From Camelus dromedarius (Eukaryota): a DNA stretch of 64,000 bases. The notes below the pieces were generated by a model that saw nothing but the letters and a program-made list of their open reading frames with translations, ran no database searches and was not told where the DNA came from. The stretch lies in contig NC_087440.1 in the NCBI RefSeq assembly GCF_036321535.1, positions 32,116,001-32,180,000 on the forward strand, read 5' to 3'. Position numbers and translations under genes: made by a program. Shown here piece by piece: positions 1-10,300 of this stretch. Position 1 is the first letter of the stretch. Each line of letters starts with the position of its first letter.

Positions 1-1125
1 GGAAGGAGTGTGGGTGAGTGGGGTGTATGTGTGTGCGCGGGCTCGTGCGCGCGCGCTCCCTGGATCCAAAAATTCACAGAAAAATAAAATACTTTTGGAG
101 GGGCGAGGGAACATTTCATCTCATACCAGCAGAGAAGTCTCAAGGAAAACACACAGAGCTCCAGCGCTGGCCTCGCATGCTTGTACTAGCCTGAGACTGT
201 CAAAGCCCACTCTGCAATTTTCTGCTCAAGCCCCCATCATAAAACGCTAACTGGCAGGAATTGCAGCTACAGAGTGCCCTTGACATTGTACAGCGTCCTG
301 ATGCTCTGATTCGGGGGGAAAGGACAGATCCTCAGGGAGAACACCCGCTGTGTGTTGGGAGGGGGTTCTTGTGTTTAAAAGATTCTGAAGAAAAGAGACT
401 GTCAGTGAGTCCCCAGCAAAGCAGATGCCTGGTTGAAGTTAGGAGCCCAAAGGGTTTAGTTACAGTAACACTGTAAAAGAAAAAGGGAGGAAGCAGGGTT
501 AAGAAGGGGGAGTAATAAAAAATTCAAAGACCTTAATTTGAAACTAGTAATTTTTCTGATTTAAGCATTTGGGGCATCATACTGATTTCTCGCCATTTTC
601 TTAAGTTTGTTTTTGTTTTTTAAACAGATTTTCCCTATTCTAGATCTAATTTTGGGGGGATATAAGGTAATTTTGCACCATCAACTCTAATTATTATAAT
701 TAAATAAAGGCAGTTAATGTGCACCAGGAAAAAAAAAGGAGGAGCTGTTGGACCCCAAGATGCAGATCTGACCAACGCCAGCCCTACAGGAAGCCCCAGA
801 GCAAAGATGCCCCTGAGAGGAGCCCCATGTTAGGCAGAAATGGTGAGGTCCCTGTACTATGTCCTGCTCAGTCACTAGCTTGGCCACCCTCAGAAGGCGT
901 TAACTGTCAGCTGGAGGTGACAGCTAATCAGACTCCCAGCAGCCAAAGTGGGTCCTTTCTAGAAGGTGGATCTGAGCTGTTATCTGCATCTCCATGTCTG
1001 CCACAGGGACTGTCTCTGAGGGAGGCGGTGGAGGAAACCACGATTTTGAGAACAGGGCTAGGAATTTGGTTGTGCCCATAAAAGATCCAGTGTGAAGTCA
1101 TATTAGGCATCCTGTCTGGGGAATT

Positions 1126-2142
1126 TGTCCTCCTAAAAAGATGCACAACGTGAGAGCTGTGAGTTCAGTTTTATTTGGAGTTTACTGAACACTATAGCCC
1201 GGGAGACAGCCTCTCAGGCAGCTCTGAGGAACTGCTCTGAAAAGATGAGGGGGAGGTCAGTATATACGTGATTTTGGTGAAGGGAGTACGTGCAACCAAG
1301 TACACGTCTCGGTAGAAGGTTGCTGCTAGTCATGAGGAGACGGAAATATGTCTCCATTCATGACTTTGGTATTTTTCTTTTTTTTTCTTTTTCAGATTTA
1401 TTAGGTAAAATTATTACAGTTTGAATGCACATACACATTATGTTGCATGTAAATACATATATACAGTATACTGCACTTTTTTTTAGTTTACATATATGTA
1501 CTGATCATTGTTTCTAAGAACAGATTAGAGCTTTAGCTTTTAAAACTTACATAGATATCAAAGGAATAAAGCCAACTACAAAATAAGAATCAGCAGAATG
1601 TGTTTCTCCAACCATAATGGACAGTCAAATTTGTTTACATGTATTCAAGAAATCAATCGTCTAAATTATAAATAAATGGTAGTTCATTTTTGTCCTTATT
1701 ATTTTTAGATTCCTTATATAAGTGATGTCATATGGCATTTTTCTTTCTCTTTTTGGCCCACTTCACTTAGAATAATGATCTTCAGGTCCATCCTCATTGC
1801 TGCAAATGGCATTATTTTATTCTTTTTTATGGCTGAGCAGTGTTCCATTGCATATATGTACACTTTCTTTATCAAGTCATCTGTTGATGGACATTTGGGT
1901 TGTTTCCATGTCTTGTTGACTTCAGTGTTTTTCTAGGTATGAGAAGATGCAAGAAATTGCATTCCTAAAATTTTCTCTTGAAAATATTTAACTATCTGAA
2001 GGGCTATTCTTCCATATTTTCCCAGAGCACAGAGTGCCTCATTCCTGATCCCCACCCTGAACTCCTTAAGGGTCAGGAACTTCAGTGGCTAATGACTCAA
2101 TCCTTGTAGAGCTGAATGGTGAGTGACATTCTTTAGTTTGCA
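1126..2142 (-). mobile_element. ERV LTR-like element interrupted by an insertion at 1378-1916
   Basis: ATGCACAACGTGAGAGCTGTGAG...TTTTATTT (AATAAA on minus)...GCCCGGGAGACAGC, continuing after 1917 to about 2142. Ends are approximate; no clean TSD. Confidence 0.6.
1681..1915 (-). mobile_element. L1 fragment (end of ORF2 / start of 3'UTR)
   Basis: Minus strand reads CAAGACATGGAAACAACCCAAATGTCCATCAACAGATG...GCCATAAAAAAGAATAAAATAATGCCATTTGCAGCAA. Confidence 0.85.
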
Positions 2143-2486
2143 ATTGTAACTCACTCTACCCCCAACTCTTCATTAATTTTTTGGTGCAATGGCACTGTGA
2201 GGGAAAGAGGGTAAGGCAGCTGTGGAAATGTGGCCTTCCTCATCTGCCCTTGCCCTAAGCCTGTGTCCCAGCAGCCATTTGAAACCACGCAAGGGCTAGA
2301 ATCCTGGAGTTCCCAGGAGGGACGAGAGCAGAGAGCACGGAGGCCCAAGATGAAACCAACTGCTCCTTGAAAATAAACACCCTTCACCATTAGCACCCCT
2401 TTTCAAGTACAGCAGAAGAAAGCAGTCCTGGGCAGGAGGAACAAGAGAAACTGATGCCTGTCTTGTAAGAATCTTTGCCTGCTAGT

Positions 2487-2621
2487 GGGAGGGGATAGCT
2501 CAGCGGTAGAGTGCATGCTTAAAATGCAGGAGGTCCTGGGTTCAATCCCCAGTACCTCCATCAAAAGTAAATAAATAAACCTAACTATCTACCCCCGACG
2601 GAAAAAAAAAAAAAAAGAGAG
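2487..2621 (+). mobile_element. tRNA-derived SINE (camelid Vic-1-like)
   Basis: GGGAGGGGATAGCTCAGCGGTAGAG (A box), GGTTCAATCCCCAGTACCTCC (B box), A-rich tail; TSD AGAA(T/C)CTTTGCCTGCT at 2468-2483 and 2622-2637. Confidence 0.85.
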
Positions 2622-3558
2622 AGAACCTTTGCCTGCTGCTGTATAGCATTTCTGAAAAGAACCTGTACACACACTGAGTGGATGATTTCTGAATAGAGTT
2701 TGTGAACAACTGCCTAAATACAGGGAAATCAGTTAAAAACTGAAAAACCAGAAACTGAATAAGCTCTATGACAGAGTTATGAGATTCTAGATAGAGCAGT
2801 ATCTCACAAAATTAATACACCATCACATGGAAATAGGCAAAGACCAGGTCAGTCCCTGGCACCTACAGACACAGTCACTGCTTTCATTTTATCTTGTTGT
2901 TTTGGTTGTTTTGTGGGGTTTTTTTTTTAGTAAATTTGTTGCCAACATTTAAGAATCAAATATTTCATAGTAAAATCCAGATTTCTACCTTCTGTTTAAA
3001 ATTCCTAAGATTTGGCAACGGCCTTGTCAATGCCAAATATGATAAAACTGAATGAGCCTTAGGTCTGCAAGCTGCAGGTCAAAGGAATCCACCAGTCCCC
3101 ATTGGCTCCCAGCCACTGAGGCTAAGGCATGCTGCCTCTTGTCACACTTACACCACCCACCAAAAGTTTAAACCATTCTACATACGATGTAGAAGAGGGT
3201 AGGGCAGCAGGTAAATTCACTTTAGAAAAACAAATCCATCAAAACTCGTTATATCTTTCTTAAGGTCATTTGACCATAGCCATCAATTTAAAACATTTGA
3301 CCCAGGATACAAATGTACTTGCACCAATACAAAATATACATACATCCAAGGTTGTTCATTGTAGCGTTGTTTGAAACAGCAAAACACTGGAAGCTACTTA
3401 AACGTTCATCAGTAGGAGACTAACTAAAGTTATGGAATATCTACATAATAGAATACTGTACAGCTATTTTTAAAAGGGAGACAGAGAATAAAGTAGATCT
3501 ATTGTGTACCACTCAGAACAGTCTCCAAGAAAGTATTTTAAGAAACAAAAGAAAACAC

Positions 3559-3700
3559 GGGGAGGGGATAGCTCACGTGGTAGAGTGCATGCTTCCCATG
3601 CACAAGGTCCTGGGTTCAATCCCCAGTACCTCCTCTAAATATAAAATAAATAAAACTAATTACCTCCCTCCCCCAAAAAAACACCAAAAATAAAAGAAAG
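3559..3700 (+). mobile_element. tRNA-derived SINE (Vic-1-like)
   Basis: Same head as 2487-2621 with A and B boxes and an A-rich tail. Confidence 0.85.
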
Positions 3701-3870
3701 AAAACAACAAGGTCCTAATGTATAGCACAGGAAACTACATTCAATATCTTGCAATAACCTATAATGAAAAAGAATATGAAAAGAATATACATATATATAT
3801 ATATATAGAACTGAATCACTATGCTGTACAGCAGAAACTAACACAACATTGTAAATCAACTACTAAAGAA
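3701..3870 (+). mobile_element. L1 3' end, cetartiodactyl type, 5'-truncated
   Basis: CAACAAGGTCCTAATGTATAGCACAGG...(TA)n...CTAACACAACATTGTAAATCAACTA resembles the L1 3'UTR terminus as recalled. Confidence 0.75.
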
Positions 3871-6699
3871 AAAATGAAAGAGAGAAATGGGGAAAAGGAA
3901 GAAAGAAAAGAATCAAGCAATTTATAGGACAGTATGTGTAGTGTCATTCCATTCATGGGAAACATTTTTAAGGGAAAAATGCATATAAATGCATAGGAAG
4001 CTTCTGGAAGGATATATAAGACCAAGAGCTATATGGGGAGCAAGTAGAAGAAGCATAGGGTCGAGTGACTTTTTTACTTTTCACTTTGTAACCCTCTGTC
4101 TCTTTTAAAAATCATAAAAATGTATTTTCTGTAATTTAAAGGATACTTTAATGATTACACAAAAATGCACTGATGCTGAAAGTAAAATTCCACTTCAGAG
4201 AAAATTAATTTCCCAGAAAACTGTCATTCTCCAACAATGTCAGAAAAATTAAGTGTAGCTATTCAACATTGACAATAGGTCAGGTTGTCATGACTCACTC
4301 TGATTTCACATATGGAAATAAAACTGCCTACCTCACTGGCTTAGACGTCTTCAATAAAATTTATAAAAAGCAGCCAAGAGTCCCTGGTGCTTAGTAAGTG
4401 TTCAGTAAAATTCACTATTATCACACAGCCCTCCCACACCAACCAATCCTGACTTGTGTCAGTGATGCATGAGTCAATGACCAATGCGGAATGGCCACTG
4501 CAAAATGCAAGACCTAAATTCCATCCCAGGTGACTTTCCCTCCACACTGCACTCAGCCCTTGAAGAAGATGGAAGTCTAGTCCTCAGTCATGGAGGCCTT
4601 TCCACAAACACCGCAGATGGTGCCACCTCCACACAAGAACAATCCCATTACCTATTAAAGTTCCCATTTCGAAAAGACTCCTACACGCATATGTATTTCC
4701 CCCGAAGATTTCCTACCCCCGTCTCCAATAAGCCAGCCTGGGGTGGGAACTAGAGATTCCCACACTTCTTGCCTTCCTTCTAGCCTTTTCCATTCACAGA
4801 TGCCTTCCCTAATGCCCCCTGTGCTCTCCCAAAAGAAATGGTGCTGGAGACCAAATATTGACGCTGCCCAGACAAGGAGGGGTCATGAGATGTTCACGAG
4901 CTCTCAGGCCAGAATTCTCTTTTCCCAAAACCCTTTGCTCTTGTGGGTGTGGTCTCCCTCAGCCTTCCTACCCCAAAACTCAGCCCCTGGATCCTGCTGC
5001 CCACCTCTGGGCAGGAGGTGAAGAGAGATCAGATAGGCCCTGCAGGCCTGTCCCTTTGAACCAAAAGCCAGAGAGGCTCTGCTTGGGTCCTTCTACATCC
5101 CCTCCCCCAGCCCCGCACACAGGTGGGGAACGCTGGGAAGGGTTCCCACAGTGCATTAGCTTTGAGCCGGTCAGGAGGAAGAGTGTCATGCTATCCAGCC
5201 TCTGTTGTCAATAATTCATGAGGTTCAGACTGAGGGGCACCAGTCAGAGAGTCAGTTTTCCCCAGACATAGGGAAATTTAGACTCAAGCTTTCTTATCTC
5301 ATCGGGATGTGCTGAGTCCTGCAGCTGTAACATCTCATTTGAGAAATAAACTATAAATCCAGTGCATGCTTGTTCTATCACTCACTACTCATACACCCCC
5401 TTCTGAATGCTGAAATCCTTTTTAGCTGCTCAGCTGTCCTACACATACACTAAATGAATCTTTAGCAAGTCTGAATTTTATTAAACAGCGATTCCCAGAA
5501 CTGAATTTCACAGACCAGGATTCTCTCTCCTAATTGTAGGGACTGACATCGAGTTGCCAGACGGGTGATTTCACGAACTAACAACACTTTTCTCAACCTA
5601 CCCGTCTGCTTCCATCATCTTCTCTTAACAAAAAGACTAGCACCAAAAAAAAAAAAAAAAAAAAGGAGCAATAGCATGTCCCAGAATAAAGGACTATCTG
5701 TTAAGTTAAATATGCTCAGCTTTATGAAACTGACTATGTTGTCTTTATTTTTCTCTTTTTGCCTTGAACTAGTGAAAACTTTGCCAGAGATCAGCACAAC
5801 TTCTCAGTCCAGCATTTGGAGACCACTGGGTTAAACCAGTTCAGGCTGGCACTGGGTCTGGTGGGGCCTTTCTACAGTATATCATAAGCCATCTAGATTT
5901 ATTAATTCTCCCAGAAACCCAGGAGGGAGATCATTTCAGTCCACTTGGCAGAAGTAGAGGCTGAAGTCTTGGATGCAGAATTTATAGCTGGAGAGGACCT
6001 TATCCATCATCTACTCCAGCATCCTCAGTTTGGAGACGAAGAGCCTGGCCTATGGCGGCAATAATAATTACTCTAAGGTGGCAATAATTACTAAGTGTTT
6101 AGTAGTTTACAGCTTATAAAGTGCTTTTATATCCAACCAATATTTTTGAACTAGGATGGAGGCTAAGACCTGGGGACATAGTGATTACGGAGAACTTGAG
6201 TGCTCCTGAGTTCTCCATATTTCTACCACTGACTGGGGGACACTCTAGCCTCCCTGCCACCACTCAGGCCTGAAAAAGGAGATGTCCTCTTGGGATGGAG
6301 GGTATAAGAGATCCTGTCCAGTCAGGATCTTTATCTCCACACACTGGTTCCCACTGGTGGTGGGAGTCTGCCCTCCAGGCCTGTGGGAATGGAGGAGATC
6401 TTGAGCCAGAGTGAAGGGCAGTGCCGGCCTAGCCCAGCTGCTCCCCAAAACATCTCTTAGGCTCCTCCACCCTCACCTGAGACCCTCATGTGGTGGATTC
6501 CGTGGGGACCACGGGCCGCACGCCCAAGGGCAATCTCAAAATATTCACCCTTCTGTGGCTTGTTTCATAGGTAGATCTGAACTTTCATGGAAAACGAAGT
6601 CCATCTTGACGTTCTGGAAAGTAAAAGCAACCCACTCAAAGTCTTCTCTCCCCCAAGAAAAGAAGTGGGCAAGCAGATGTAGAAGGAGGGGTGGGGGGA

Positions 6700-7300
6700 C
6701 AGGGGATTCTGCGGGTTCCCGAAGATGGGGGCAGCCCTACTGGAAACCTGAACCTACAGCACTGTCCCACACAGGCTGGGGAGGCCGGGGCGCCGCGGTC
6801 ACAGCCGGCAGGGGGCGCCCGCGGCCACAACTGGCCCCCGGCGCAACGGGCCGGTGCCGAGGGGGACGAGCCGTCCAGACCTCCGGCTGGTGGGGGGTGG
6901 GGGGGGGGTGGGGCGGGCAGGGAGCCGGAAGGGAGAGGAGGGGGGAACAGGGAGCCGAGCAACGAGCCGAGCCGGGAGGGGAGCGGGCAGCTGCGAGGGG
7001 ACCGCGCAGCGGGGCGGGGTGGCGGCACGCCCCTCGCCCTGCCCCTTGCCCTACTCTGCTGACGCCACCCCTGCGCGCTGGAGAACCCTGAACCCGGCCG
7101 GCGCCATGCAGAAGACGGGGCTGGTGCTGAGTGCTTGTGCCCGGACGTGGAAATCGGTGCAGATGGCCAGCTCCGGGGTGGCGCGCCGGAACCCGCTTGA
7201 GAATAAGGTGGCCCTAGTCACGGCCTCCACTGATGGGTGAGTGCCCAGGCCGGTGTCTCTGAGGCCCCCGCTGTCTGCAAACAATTACTAACCCCTTGTC
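6700..7300. promoter_or_regulatory. CpG-island promoter of DHRS4
   Basis: Dense CpG, GC boxes (GGGGCGGG at about 6910 and 7010), no TATA, surrounds exon 1. Confidence 0.8.
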
Positions 7301-10300
7301 CTTGGTCTCCTCTGCCCCGTCCTCAGGCCTCACACGTGGCCAGAATCCTGCCCAAAAAGAAAGGAACCACGTGGTCGGCCTGCAGCCCCTCAGAATCCCC
7401 TGAGCCTGGCTCCTCCATTGCCAGCGCTTTTGTCCCTGCTGCCTCTGGCTCAACCGCGCCACTTGGGTGTTGCCCCCGCCCATCCAATCTCCCAGGGTTC
7501 TGGGCTGCCCCAATCAGCCGGCCCTATCTAGGGTCTGGGTAAACCAGACCAGAAATCCAAGACAGTCAGATTTTAAAAATCCCATCCACTGCCTCCTCTG
7601 ACTGTGGAAATATTCCAGACACCCCATTTTAGCACCCGCCCCCACAAGTCTTGCAGAACTGCACCCCTTACCTAGAGGGGACACAAGACCCATGTGTCCA
7701 GGTTTTGGGTTAATTTAGTACCTTTTAGCCTCCCTTACCCAGCCTGTTTCTCGCTGTCTCTGGGGTCTACCCTGTGTCTCATTCCCACAGAACTTTGCTA
7801 GGTGCCAGCTCTTCACAAATCTAAAATATAAATGGAAGGGCAATGCTAATGGCTAACAAGTGCAAAATGTGTAAGTCTTTCTCCCAGGGGATTATGTAAA
7901 AAATCTACATTTGTAACTGGAGACCCACAGTTTCACATGTACCCCCAAAATGTAACTAACAATAGAATACTGAAATGATGTAGACTAGTAAGGAAGCTAT
8001 TTGGGGGTATGAGCTTTTCCAAGTGAGACCCTCGAATCATGGAAGTAGCCTCTGCTACACCCCTATTTCATCTCTCTCCTCTTGGTCCCCACAGTGTATG
8101 GGGCCTGTGACCCATGGTGACACCTGTGGAAGGTGATGTCACTGCCTGGGAATTTACCCTGAGGACCAAAACCATAAGAAAAATAAGTAAACAAGTACCA
8201 AAAATGTGCTAACCACGTCTGTCTGTGTGGTAATGGCTGTGCCATCAATCCTGTCTAACACATGGAGGTCCTGTTGCTGAAAGATTGGCCCCCACCCCTG
8301 ACAAGCCGAAATGAAACTCAGAGACAGGGTCTTAGGGCATAGAAGAAAGGAGATAGCTTTATTACTTTGCCGGGCAAAAGGGGACTCACAGCAGGCTAGT
8401 GCCTTCAAAACTGTGAACCCATCTTGGGGATGGGGCGGGGTGATTATATAGCCATAGCTCAAACAATAAATCATCTATAACAATCAACAGAATCATTTTC
8501 TTCTCGAGTGGTGTCATGGTGTCTCCAGGTGACCAATTCTGTAGATGCTAGTGGTTGTCGCTCTTTTGATCTCTTTATCTTATAAGCACCCAATGCATGG
8601 TCTTCTTGGTAATTCAGGCTATTTTGTGAGGTTACAGTCCCGTGAATTTCTCCCTGGAGAATGACTCAGAGACCAAGCATGATTACTACTTTCGATTACT
8701 GGCATAAAGCAGAAACAGTAAAATTAATAACTTTATTTTAACAATGGGCCTGGAGCTGTGAGTAGCAACCGGTCAGTCAGGTTAGTTGACCGTTTTAAGG
8801 ACAAGCATAAGAATAAGCAATCTGTTAGCCTAAGTATGGCCATCTTATTAATTCTCTTTCAGTCCTACAGAAAGAGAGAGAGCTGAAATTCAAAGCCCGG
8901 GCAGTCTGACTCAGGAGCTCATGCTCACCCTCTCTTCCTATTCTGGACTTGACATTCCTCTCTCTCTCTGCCCACAGGATCGGCTTGGCCATCGCCCAGC
9001 GTCTGGCCCAGGACGGGGCCCGCGTGGTGCTCAGCAGCCGGAAGCAGGAGAACGTGGACCGGGCGGTGGCAGCACTGCAGGGGGAGGGGCTGAGCGTGAC
9101 GGGCACCGTGTGCCACGTGGGGAAGGCTGAGGACCGAGAGCGGCTGGTGGCCACGGTGAGCAGCAAGGATATGGGCGCAGAGCCAGGAGGTGGCAGAAGG
9201 AAGCCAGCCTGAGCTGGCTTTCCTGGACAACAGGAGTGTAAGCCAAGCCAGCACTGTTAACTAAAACATAACAGTGCATTCTGCATACCCACACCAGTCC
9301 ACTAGCATATTCTTATTGTGTGTCTTTGTGTTCTGCTTTCAAGAATCATCCCATATCAGTCAGAGAATCAAAAACCACTATAATACTTCAACCCTGCATC
9401 ATCCTTTGGAGCACCACACCCCAAAGAAAAAAAACTGGTCCTAGTTCTCCAGTAATTTCCAATCTAAATACAGTCGCAAAATAGGTATTCCCACTTGTGA
9501 GCTAATAAACCATCAATCCCTTATTCTTCAGTTTATAAAGTCAAGTCCCTGGGAACAGACACGAGGTAGTCCACCATGATTCAACCACCTGCTGTGTGCC
9601 ATTAACTTTGTTCCAAGCCTTACTCGGGTTATCTCTAAACCTGACAACAGCCCAAGCAAGGCAAGGACTATTCTCCCTGAATAGAGAGACTGGTTCAGAA
9701 AGCTGGTGCAACCGCCCACTGTCCCACAGCTAGTAAGAGAAGAGCTGTGAGCCAACCCAGACTTGCCAAGCTGCCTACAGACTACCGGCCATTTCCCCGT
9801 TAGCATTTCCCCATCAGGTCAGGCCTTGGGTGCCCACGAGGACTTTAGTCTCAAAGAAAGTGTCTAAGCCAGTGTCAGAGTTGGTACTTGGCACCAGCCT
9901 TCCAGCTGCACAAGAAAATATGAACATCTGGCAAAGGAGGCTGCTCTCCCTAGGCTCAGGGCACACACTTTATGTCTTGGAGTGGGAGGGAGAAGCTAGC
10001 CAAGAATGAGAAGTAAAAGATTGTGCTAACAGAATGGAAAGTGGCGGAAATAATTGGAGTAATCGTCTTAGACAAGGAGGATGTGAAATGATGGTAGACA
10101 GTGGTATAGACGACAGCATAAGGTTATTCCATTTGTAGGGAACCATTTGGCAGAGGCTCAAATGTGCACTGGCTCCAAGAAAGTCACCTTGCCTGGCACA
10201 GGCTGCTGCACAGTGCCTGAGACTGAGACCTTGATCCTCAGAATGAAGAGAGCCATCTGGGATCCTGGGCCGACTAATAAGCTACATGGAAATGTGTGTA

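Larger units (their letters stand above)
3290..4140 (+). mobile_element. Old L1M(E)-like 3' fragment interrupted by the SINE and younger L1
   Basis: GTTGTTCATTGTAGCGTTGTTTG...GGAAGCTACTTAAACGTTCATCAGTAGG...AATACTGTACAGCTATT, resuming near 3910; subfamily not determinable by eye. Confidence 0.55.

Noticed and set aside
2487-2575. tRNA gene calls here, at 3559 and at 52284
   Set aside because: A and B boxes are present, but there is no closing acceptor stem, and they have A-rich tails and a TSD: these are SINEs.
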